Origin: Eledone cirrhosa
Lineage: Eukaryota
Length of the DNA stretch: 64,000 bases
NCBI GenBank assembly: GCA_964016885.1
Contig: OZ024743.1
Coordinates: 374,232,001-374,296,000, forward strand
Direction: 5' to 3'
Shown piece after piece: positions 1 through 12,500 of this stretch (its first letter is position 1; the number at the start of each line of letters is the position of its first letter). The notes beneath the pieces were generated by a model that saw only the letters and a list, made by a program, of their open reading frames with translations, did no database searches and had not been told where the DNA came from. The position numbers and the translations under genes were made by a program.

Positions 1-176
1 GCACCTTATGGTGCAGAGAACACGGTACTGCTGACTTACTCTACATGTTTATATCCAACACTTGTTGCACTTTAGGATGCAGAGAACACGGTACTACTGA
101 CCTAATCTACATGTTTATAGCCAACACTTGTTGCACTTTATGGTGCAGAGAATACGGTACTACTGACTTACTCTAC

Positions 177-1232
177 ATGTTTATAGCCAACACTTGTTGC
201 ACGTTATGGTGCAGAGAACAAAGTACTACTGACTTACTCTACATGTTTATAGCCAACACTTGTTGCACTTTATGGTGCAGAGAACACGGTACTACTGCCT
301 TACTCTTCATGATTATAGCCAACACTTGTTGCACTTTAGGATGCAGAGAACACGGTACTACTGACTTACTCTACATGTTTATAGCCAACACTTGTTGCAT
401 TTTATGGTGCAGAGAACAAAGTACTACTGACTTACTCTTCATGTTTATAGCCAACACTTGTTGCACTTTATGGTGCAGAGAACACGGTACTACTGCCTTA
501 CTCTACATGTTTATAGCCAACACTTGTTGCACTTTATTGTGCAGAGAACAAAGTACTACTGACTTACTGTACATGTTTATAGCCAACACTTGTTGCACTT
601 TATGGTGCAGAGAACAAAGTACTACTGACTTACTCTACATGTTTATAGCCAACACTTGTTGCACTTTATGGTGCAGAGAACACGGTACTAGTGACTTACT
701 CTACATGTTTATAGCCAACACTTGTTGCACGTTATGGTGCAGAGAACAAAGTACTACTGACTTACTCTACATGTTTATAGCCAACACTTGTTGCACTTTA
801 TGGTGCAGAGAACACGGTACTACTGCCTTACTCTTCATGATTATAGCCAACACTTGTTGCACTTTAGGATGCAGAGAACACGGTACTACTGACTTACTCT
901 ACATGTTTATAGCCAACACTTGTTGCATTTTATGGTGCAGAGAACAAAGTACTACTGACTTACTCTTCATGTTTATAGCCAACACTTGTTGCACTTTATG
1001 GTGCAGAGAACACGGTACTACTGCCTTACTCTACATGTTTATAGCCAACACTTGTTGCACTTTATTGTGCAGAGAACAAAGTACTACTGACTTACTGTAC
1101 ATGTTTATAGCCAACACTTGTTGCACTTTATGGTGCAGAGAACAAAGTACTACTGACTTACTCTACATGTTTATAGCCAACACTTGTTGCACTTTATGGT
1201 GCAGAGAACACGGTACTAGTGACTTACTCTAC
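177..1232. repeat. Tandem duplication of an 8-monomer (528 bp) block, 2 copies
   Basis: Rare variants recur in the same order 528 bp apart: ACGTTA (201/729), ATGATT (309/837), TGCATT, CTGTAC and ACTAGT. Confidence 0.92.
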
Positions 1233-4200
1233 ATGTTTATAGCCAACACTTGTTGCACTTTAGGATGCAGAGAACACGGTACTACTGACTTACTCTACAT
1301 GTTTATAGCCAACACTTGTTGCACTTTAGGATGCAGAGAACACGGTACTGCTGACTTACTCTACATGTTTATAGCCAACACTTGTTGCACTTTAGGATGC
1401 AGAGAACACGGTACTACTGACTTACTCTACATGTTTATAGCCAACACTTGTTGCACTTTATGGTGCAGAGAATACGGTACTACTGACTTACTCTACATGT
1501 TTATAGCCAACACTTGTTGCACTTTAGGATGCAGAGAACACGGTACTACTGACTTACTCTACATGTTTATAGCCAACACTTGTTGCACTTTATGGTGCAG
1601 AGAACACGGCACTGCTGACTTACTCTACATGTTTATAGCCAACACTTGTTGCACTTTAGGATGCAGAGAACACGGTACTACTGACTTACTCTACATGTTT
1701 ATAGCCAACACTGGTTGCACTTTATGGTGCAGAGAATACGGTACTACTGACTTACTCTACATGTTTATAGCCAACACTTTTTGCAATTTATGGTGCAGAG
1801 AACAAAGTACTACTGACTTACTCTTCATGTTTATAGCCAACACTTGTTGCTCTTTATGGTGCAGAGAACACGGTACTACTGCCTTACTCTACATGTTTAT
1901 AGCCAACACTTGTTGCACTTTATTGTGCAGAGAACAAAGTACTGCTGACTTACTCTACATGTTTATAGCCAACACTTGTTGCACTTTATGGTGCAGAGAA
2001 CAAAGTACTACTGACTTACTCTACATGTTTATAGCCAACACTTGTTGCACTTTATGGTGCAGAGAACACGGTACTAGTGACTTACTCTACATGTTTATAG
2101 CCAACACTTGTTGCACTTTAGGATGCAGAGAACACGGTACTACTGACTTACTCTACATGTTTATAGCCAACACTTGTTGCACTTTAGGATGCAGAGAACA
2201 CGGTACTGCTGACTTACTCTACATGTTTATAGCCAACACTTGTTGCACTTTAGGATGCAGAGAACACGGTACTACTGACTTACTCTACATGTTTATAGCC
2301 AACACTTGTTGCACTTTATGGTGCAGAGAATACGGTACTACTGACTTAATCTACATGTTTATAGCCAACACTTTTTGCACTTTATGGTGCAGAGAACACG
2401 GTACTGCTGACTTACTCTACATGTTTATAGCCAACATTTGTTGCACTTTAGGATGCAGATAACACGGTACTGCTGACTTACTCTACATGTTTATAGCCAA
2501 CACTTGTTGCACTTTATGGTGCAGAGAACACGGTACTAATGACTTACTCTACATGTTTATAGCCAACACTTGTTGCACTTTAGGATGCAGAGAACACGGT
2601 ACTACTGACTTACTCTACATGTTTATAGCCAAAACTTGTTCCACTTATGTTGCACATAACACAGTACTACTGACTTACACTACATGTTTATAGCCAACAC
2701 TTGTTGCACTTTATGGTGCAGAGAACACGGTACTACTGACTTGCTCTACATGTTTAGAGCCAACACTTGTTGCACTTTATGGTGCAGAGAACACGGTACT
2801 ACTGACTTACTCTACATGTTTATAGCCAAAACTTGTTGCACCTATGTTGCACATAACACAGTACTACTGACTTACACTACATGTTTATAGCCAACACTTG
2901 TTGCACTTTATGGTGCAGAGAACACGGTACTACTGACTTACTCTACATGTTTATAGCCAACACTTGTTCCAATTTATGGTGCAGAGAACACGGTACTGCT
3001 GACTTACTCTACATGTTTATAGCCAACACTTTTTGCAATTTATGGTGCAGAGAACAAAGTACTACTGACTTCCCTACATGTTTATAGCCAACAGTTGTTG
3101 CACTTTATGGTGCAGAGAACATAGTACTACTGACTTACTCTACATGTTTATAGCCAACACTTGTTGCACATTATGGTGCAGAGAACAAAGTACTACTGAC
3201 TTACTCTTCATGTTTATAGCCAACACTTGTTGCACTTTATGGTGCAGAGAACACGGTACTACTGCCTTACTCTACATGTTTATAGCCAACACTTGTTGCA
3301 CTTTATTGTGCAGAGAACAAAGTACTACTGACTTACTCTACATGTTTATAACCAACACTTGTTGCACTTTATGGTGCAGAGAACAAAGTACTACTGACTT
3401 ACTCTACATGTTTATAGCCAACACTTGTTGCACTTTATGGTGCAGAGAACACGGTACTACTGACTTACTCTACATGTTTATAGCCAACGCTTGTTGCACT
3501 TTAGGATGCAGAGAACACGGTCCTACTGACTTACTCTACATGTTTATAGCCAACACTTGTTACACTTTAGGATGCAGAGAACACGGTACTACTGACTTAC
3601 TCTACATGTTTATAGCCAACACTTGTTGCACTTTATGGTGCAGAGAACAAAGTACTGACTTACTCTACATGTTTATAGCCAACACTTGTTGCACTTTATG
3701 GTGCAGAGAACACGGTACTACTGACTTATTCTACATGTTTATAGCCAACACTTGTTGCACTTTAGGATGCAGAGAACACGGTACTACTGACTTACTCTAC
3801 ATGTTTATAGCCAACACTTGTTGCACTTTATGGTGCAGAGAACAAAGTACTGACTTACTCTACATGTTTATAGCCAACACTTGTTGCACTTTATGGTGCA
3901 GAGAACACGGTACTACTGACTTACTCTACATGTTTATAGCCAACACTTGTTGCACTTTATGGTGCAGAGAACACGGTACTACTGACTTACTCTACATGTT
4001 TATAGCCAACACTTGTTGCACTTTATGGTGCAGAGAATACGGTACTACTGACTTACTCTACATGTTTATAGCCAACACTTGTTGCACTCTATGGTGCAGA
4101 GAACACGGTACTACTGACTTACTCTACATGTTTATAGCCAACACTTGTTGCACTTTATGGTGCAGAGAACACGGTACTACTGACTTACTCTACATGTTTA

Positions 4201-7200
4201 TAGCCAACACTTGTTGCACTTTAGGATGCAGAGAACACGGTACTACTGACTTACTCTACATGTTTATAGCCAACACTTGTTGCACTTTATGGTGCAGAGA
4301 ACACGGTACTAGTGACTTACTCTACATGTTTATAGCCAACACTTGTTGCACTTTAGGATGCAGAGAACACGGTACTACTGACTTACTCTACATGTTTATA
4401 GCCAACACTTGTTGCACTTTAGGATGCAGAGAACACGGTACTGCTGACTTACTCTACATGTTTATAGCCAACACTTGTTGCACTTTAGGATGCAGAGAAC
4501 ACGGTACTACTGACTTACTCTACATGTTTATAGCCAACACTTGTTGCACTTTATGGTGCAGAGAATACGGTACTACTGACTTACTCTACATGTTTATAGC
4601 CAACACTTGTTGCACTTTAGGATGCAGAGAACACGGTACTACTGACTTACTCTACATGTTTATAGCCAACACTTGTTGCACTTTATGGTGCAGAGAACAC
4701 GGTACTGCTGACTCACTCTACATGTTTATAGCCAACACTTGTTGCACTTTAGGATGCAGAGAACACGGTACTACTGACTTACTCTACATGTTTATAGCCA
4801 ACACTGGTTGCACTTTATGGTGCAGAGAATACGGTACTACTGACTTACTCTACATGTTTATAGCCAACACTTTTTGCAATTTATGGTGCAGAGAACAAAG
4901 TACTACTGACTTACTCTTCATGTTTATAGCCAACACTTGTTGCTCTTTATGGTGCAGAGAACACGGTACTACTGCCTTACTCTACATGTTTATAGCCAAC
5001 ACTTGTTGCACTTTATTGTGCAGAGAACAAAGTACTGCTGACTTACTCTACATGTTTATAGCCAACACTTGTTGCACTTTATGGTGCAGAGAACAAAGTA
5101 CTACTGACTTACTCTACATGTTTATAGCCAACACTTGTTGCACTTTATGGTGCAGAGAACACGGTACTAGTGACTTACTCTACATGTTTATAGCCAACAC
5201 TTGTTGCACTTTAGGATGCAGAGAACACGGTACTACTGACTTACTCTACATGTTTATAGCCAACACTTGTTGCACTTTAGGATGCAGAGAACACGCTACT
5301 GCTGACTTACTCTACATGTTTATAGCCAACACTTGTTGCACTTTAGGATGCAGAGAACACGGTACTACTGACTTACTCTACATGTTTATAGCCAACACTT
5401 GTTGCACTTTATGGTGCAGAGAATACGGTACTACTGACTTAATCTACATGTTTATAGCCAACACTTTTTGCACTTTATGGTGCAGAGAACACGGTACTGC
5501 TGACTTACTCTACATGTTTATAGCCAACATTTGTTGCACTTTAGGATGCAGATAACACGGTACTGCTGACTTACTCTACATGTTTATAGCCAACACTTGT
5601 TGCACTTTATGGTGCAGAGAACACGGTACTAATGACTTACTCTACATGTTTATAGCCAACACTTGTTGCACTTTAGGATGCAGAGAACACTGTACTACTG
5701 ACTTACTCTACATGTTTATAGCCAAAACTTGTTCCACTTATGTTGCACATAACACAGTACTACTGACTTACACTACATGTTTATAGCCAACACTTGTTGC
5801 ACTTTATGGTGCAGAGAACACGGTACTACTGACTTACTCTACATGTTTAGAGCCAACACTTGTTGCACTTTATGGTGCAGAGAACACGGTACTACTGACT
5901 TACTCTACATGTTTATAGCCAAAACTTGTTGCACCTATGTTGCACATAACACAGTACTACTGACTTACACTACATGTTTATAGCCAACACTTGTTGCACT
6001 TTATGGTGCAGAGAACACGGTACTACTGACTTACTCTACATGTTTATAGCCAACACTTGTTCCAATTTATGGTGCAGAGAACACGGTACTGCTGACTTAC
6101 TCTACATGTTTATAGCCAACACTTTTTGCAATTTATGGTGCAGAGAACAAAGTACTACTGACTTCCCTACATGTTTATAGCCAACAGTTGTTGCACTTTA
6201 TGGTGCAGAGAACATAGTACTACTGACTTACTCTACATGTTTATAGCCAACACTTGTTGCACATTATGGTGCAGAGAACAAAGTACTACTGACTTACTCT
6301 TCATGTTTATAGCCAACACTTGTTGCACTTTATGGTGCAGAGAACACGGTACTACTGCCTTACTCTACATGTTTATAGCCAACACTTGTTGCACTTTATT
6401 GTGCAGAGAACAAAGTACTACTGACTTACTCTACATGTTTATAACCAACACTTGTTGCACTTTATGGTGCAGAGAACAAAGTACTACTGACTTACTCTAC
6501 ATGTTTATAGCCAACACTTGTTGCACTTTATGGTGCAGAGAACACGGTACTACTGACTTACTCTACATGTTTATAGCCAACGCTTGTTGCACTTTAGGAT
6601 GCAGAGAACACGGTCCTACTGACTTACTCTACATGTTTATAGCCAACACTTGTTACACTTTAGGATGCAGAGAACACGGTACTACTGACTTACTCTACAT
6701 GTTTATAGCCAACACTTGTTGCACTTTATGGTGCAGAGAACAAAGTACTGACTTACTCTACATGTTTATAGCCAACACTTGTTGCACTTTATGGTGCAGA
6801 GAACACGGTACTACTGACTTATTCTACATGTTTATAGCCAACACTTGTTGCACTTTAGGATGCAGAGAACACGGTACTACTGACTTACTCTACATGTTTA
6901 TAGCCAACACTTGTTGCACTTTATGGTGCAGAGAACAAAGTACTGACTTACTCTACATGTTTATAGCCAACACTTGTTGCACTTTATGGTGCAGAGAACA
7001 CGGTACTACTGACTTACTCTACATGTTTATAGCCAACACTTGTTGCACTTTATGGTGCAGAGAACACGGTACTACTGACTTACTCTACATGTTTATAGCC
7101 AACACTTGTTGCACTTTATGGTGCAGAGAATACGGTACTACTGACTTACTCTACATGTTTATAGCCAACACTTGTTGCACTCTATGGTGCAGAGAACACG

Positions 7201-9527
7201 GTACTACTGACTTACTCTACATGTTTATAGCCAACACTTGTTGCACTTTATGGTGCAGAGAACACGGTACTACTGACTTACTCTACATGTTTATAGCCAA
7301 CACTTGTTGCACTTTAGGATGCAGAGAACACGGTACTACTGACTTACTCTACATGTTTATAGCCAACACTTGTTGCACTTTATGGTGCAGAGAACACGGT
7401 ACTAGTGACTTACTCTACATGTTTATAGCCAACACTTGTTGCACTTTAGGATGCAGAGAACACGGTACTACTGACTTACTCTACATGTTTATAGCCAACA
7501 CTTGTTGCACTTTAGGATGCAGAGAACACGGTACTGCTGACTTACTCTACATGTTTATAGCCAACACTTGTTGCACTTTAGGATGCAGAGAACACGGTAC
7601 TACTGACTTACTCTACATGTTTATAGCCAACACTTGTTGCACTTTATGGTGCAGAGAATACGGTACTACTGACTTACTCTACATGTTTATAGCCAACACT
7701 TGTTGCACTTTAGGATGCAGAGAACACGGTACTACTGACTTACTCTACATGTTTATAGCCAACACTTGTTGCACTTTATGGTGCAGAGAACACGGTACTG
7801 CTGACTCACTCTACATGTTTATAGCCAACACTTGTTGCACTTTAGGATGCAGAGAACACGGTACTACTGACTTACTCTACATGTTTATAGCCAACACTGG
7901 TTGCACTTTATGGTGCAGAGAATACGGTACTACTGACTTACTCTACATGTTTATAGCCAACACTTTTTGCAATTTATGGTGCAGAGAACAAAGTACTACT
8001 GACTTACTCTTCACGTTTATAGCCAACACTTGTTGCTCTTTATGGTGCAGAGAACACGGTACTACTGCCTTACTCTACATGTTTATAGCCAACACTTGTT
8101 GCACTTTATTGTGCAGAGAACAAAGTACTGCTGACTTACTCTACATGTTTATAGCCAACACTTGTTGCACTTTATGGTGCAGAGAACAAAGTACTACTGA
8201 CTTACTCTACATGTTTATAGCCAACACTTGTTGCACTTTATGGTGCAGAGAACACGGTACTAGTGACTTACTCTACATGTTTATAGCCAACACTTGTTGC
8301 ACTTTAGGATGCAGAGAACACGGTACTACTGACTTACTCTACATGTTTATAGCCAACACTTGTTGCACTTTAGGATGCAGAGAACACGCTACTGCTGACT
8401 TACTCTACATGTTTATAGCCAACACTTGTTGCACTTTAGGATGCAGAGAACACGGTACTACTGACTTACTCTACATGTTTATAGCCAACACTTGTTGCAC
8501 TTTATGGTGCAGAGAATACGGTACTACTGACTTAATCTACATGTTTATAGCCAACACTTTTTGCACTTTATGGTGCAGAGAACACGGTACTGCTGACTTA
8601 CTCTACATGTTTATAGCCAACATTTGTTGCACTTTAGGATGCAGATAACACGGTACTGCTGACTTACTCTACATGTTTATAGCCAACACTTATTGCACTT
8701 TATGGTGCAGAGAACACGGTACTAATGACTTACTCTACATGTTTATAGCCAACACTTGTTGCACTTTAGGATGCAGAGAACACGGTACTACTGACTTACT
8801 CTACATGTTTATAGCCAAAACTTGTTCCACCTATGTTGCACATAACACAGTACTACTGACTTACACTACATGTTTATAGCCAACACTTGTTGCACTTTAT
8901 GGTGCAGAGAACACGGTACTACTGACTTACTCTACATGTTTAGAGCCAACACTTGTTGCACTTTATGGTGCAGAGAACACGGTACTACTGACTTACTCTA
9001 CATGTTTATAGCCAAAACTTGTTGCACCTATGTTGCACATAACACAGTACTACTGACTTACACTACATGTTTATAGCCAACACTTGTTGCACTTTATGGT
9101 GCAGAGAACACGGTACTACTGACTTACTCTACATGTTTATAGCCAACACTTGTTCCAATTTATGGTGCAGAGAACACGGTACTGCTGACTTACTCTACAT
9201 GTTTATAGCCAACACTTTTTGCAATTTATGGTGCAGAGAACAAAGTACTACTGACTTCCCTACATGTTTATAGCCAACAGTTGTTGCACTTTATGGTGCA
9301 GAGAACATAGTACTACTGACTTACTCTACATGTTTATAGCCAACACTTGTTGCACATTATGGTGCAGAGAACAAAGTACTACTGACTTACTCTTCATGTT
9401 TATAGCCAACACTTGTTGCACTTTATGGTGCAGAGAACACGGTACTACTGCCTTACTCTACATGTTTATAGCCAACACTTGTTGCACTTTATTGTGCAGA
9501 GAACAAAGTACTACTGACTTACTCTAC
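1167..9527. repeat. Higher-order repeat, 47 monomers / 3093 bp, ~2.7 copies
   Basis: ORF boundaries and rare variants recur at 3093 bp (2487/5580/8673; 3078/6171/9264). 3093 = 47x66 - 9, matching three 65-bp and two 63-bp monomers per unit. Confidence 0.95.
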
Positions 9528-9593
9528 ATGTTTATAGCCAACACTTGTTGCACTTTATGGTGCAGAGAACACGGTCCTACTGACTTACTCTAC

Positions 9594-12500
9594 ATGTTTA
9601 TAGCCAACACTTGTTGCACTTTAGGATGCAGAGAACACGGTACTACTGACTTACTCTACATGTTTATAGCCAACACTTGTTGCACTTTATGGTGCAGAGA
9701 ACAAAGTACTGACTTACTCTACATGTTTATAGCCAACACTTGTTGCACTTTATGGTGCAGAGAACACGGTACTACTGACTTATTCTACATGTTTATAGCC
9801 AACACTTGTTGCACTTTAGGATGCAGAGAACACGGTACTACTGACTTACTCTACATGTTTATAGCCAACACTTGTTGCACTTTAAGGTGCAGAGAACAAA
9901 GTACTGACTTACTCTACATGTTTATAGCCAACACTTGTTGCACTTTATGGTGCAGAGAATACGGTACTACTGACTTACTCTACATGTTTATAGCCAACAC
10001 TTGTTGCACTTTATGGTGCAGAGAACACGGTACTACTGACTTACTCTACATGTTTATAGCCAACACTTGTTGCACTTTATGGTGCAGAGAACACGGTACT
10101 ACTGACTTACTCTATATGTTTATAGCCAACACTTGTTGCACTTTAGGATGCAGAGAACACGGTACTACTGACTTACTCTACATGTTTATAGCCAACACTT
10201 GTTGCACTTTTGGATGCAGAGAACACGGTACTACTGACTTACTCTACATGTTTATAACCAACACTTGTTGCAAATTATGGTGCAGAGAACACGGTACTAC
10301 TGACTTACTCTACATGTTTATAGCCAACACTTGTTGCACTTTAGGATGCAGAGAACACGGTACTACTGACTTACTCTACATGTTTATAGCCAACACTTGT
10401 TGCACTTTATGGTGCAGAGAACACGGTACTACTGACTTACTCTACATGTTTATAGCCAACACTTGTTGCACTTTAGGATGCAGAGAACACGGTACTACTG
10501 ACTTACTCTACATGTTTATAGCCAACACTTGTTGCACTTTATGGTGCAGAGAACACGGTACTACTGACTTACTCTACATGTTTATAGCCAACACTTGTTG
10601 CACTTTAGGATGCAGAGAACACGGTACTACTGACTTACTCTACATGTTTATAGCCAACACTTGTTGCACTTTAGGATGCAGAGAACACGGTACTACTGAC
10701 TTATTCTACATGTTTATAGCCAACACTTGTTGCACTTTATGGTGCAGAGAACACGGTACTACTGACTTACTCTACATGTTTATAGCCAACACTTCTTGCA
10801 CTTTAGGATGCAGAGAACACGATACTACTGACTTACTCTACATGTTTATAGCCAACACTTGTTGCACTTTAGGATGCAGAGAACACGGTACTACTGACTT
10901 ACTCTACATGTTTATAGCCAACACTTGTTGCACTTTATGGTGCAGAGAACACGGTACTACTGACTTACTCTACATGTTTATAGCCAACACTTGTTGCACT
11001 TTATGGTGCAGAGAACACGGTACTACTGACTTACTCTACATGTTTATAGCCAACACTTGTTGCACTTTATGGTGCAGAGAACACGGTACTACTGACTTAC
11101 TCTACATGTTTATAGCCAACACTTGTTGCACTTTAGGATGCAGAGAACACGGTACTACTGACTTACTCTACATGTTTATAGCCAACACTTGTTGCACTTT
11201 ATGGTGCAGAGAACAAAGTACTACTGACTTACTCTACATGTTTATAGCCAACACTTGTTGCACTTTATTGTGCAGAGAACACAGTACTACTGACTTACTC
11301 TACATGTTTAAGCCAACACTTGTTGCACTTTAGGATGCAGAGAACACGGCACTACTGACTTACTCTACATGTTTATAGCCAACACTTGTTGCACTTTATG
11401 GTGCAGAGAACAAAGTACTACTGACTTACTCTACATGTTTATAGCCAACACTTGTTGCACTTTATGGTGCAGAGAACAAAGTACTACTGACCTACTCTTC
11501 ATGTTTATAGCCAACACTTGTTGCACTTTATGGTGCAGAGAACACGGTACTACTGACTTACTCTACATGTTTATAGCCAACACTTGTTGCACTTTAGGAT
11601 GCAGAGAACACGGTACTACTGACTTACTCTACATGTTTATAGCCAACACTTGTTGCACTTTATGGTGCAGAGAACACGGTACTGCTGACTTACTCTACAT
11701 GTTTATAGCCAACACTTGTTGCACTTTAGGATGCAGAGAACACGGTACTACTGACTTACTCTACATGTTTATAGCCAACACTTGTTGCACTTTAGGATGC
11801 AGAGAACACGGTACTACTGACTTACTCTACATGTTTATAGCCAACACTTGTTGCACTTTATGGTGCAGAGAACACGGTACTGCTGACTTACTCTACATGT
11901 TTATAGCCAACACTTGTTGCACATTAGGATGCAGAGAACACGGTACTGCTGACTTACTCTACATGTTTATAGCCAACACTTGTTGCACTTTAGGATGCAG
12001 AGAACACGGTACTACTGACTTACTCTACATGTTTATAGCCAACACTTGTTGCACTTTATGGTGCAGAGAATACGGTACTAATGACTTAATCTACATGTTT
12101 ATAGCCAACACTTGTTGCACTTTATGGTGCAGAGAACAAAGTACTACTGACTTACTCTACATGTTTATAGCCAACACTTTTTGCAATTTATGTTGCAGAG
12201 AACAAAGTACTACTGACTTACTCTACATGTTTATAGCCAACACTTGTTGCACTTTAGGATGCAGAGAACACGGTACTACTGACTTACTCTACATGTTTAT
12301 AGCCAACACTTGTTGCACTTTATGGTGCAGAGAACAAAGTACTGACTTACTCTACATGTTTATAGCCAACACTTGTTGCACTTTATGGTGCAGAGAACAC
12401 GGTACTACTGACTTATTCTACATGTTTATAGCCAACACTTGTTGCACTTTAGGATGCAGAGAACACGGTACTACTGACTTACTCTACATGTTTATAGCCA

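Noticed and set aside
41-67. p53-like half sites (CTACATGTTT and ACACTTGTTG)
   Set aside because: Each has two mismatches to RRRCWWGYYY and they are 7 bp apart, which is too weak to support.
45-110. Zinc-finger, metallothionein or LRR-like reading of CCxxxCxxH in the 22-aa unit
   Set aside because: The spacing does not fit C2H2 (C-x2-4-C-x12-H-x3-5-H) or LRR consensus, and the Cys/His codons are freely substituted.
45-110. Origin of the 66-mer from an 11-, 22- or 33-bp sub-repeat
   Set aside because: Only patchy internal similarity (TGTTGCAC/TGGTGCAG, two TTTAT, two AACAC, several ACT) with inconsistent spacing; not supportable by eye.
2619-2693. Alternative C-termini (YVAHNTVLLTYTTCL, FPTCL, FKPTLVAL) as programmed frameshifting or phase variation
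   Set aside because: They are simply the result of 1-bp deletions in variant monomers propagated by duplication.
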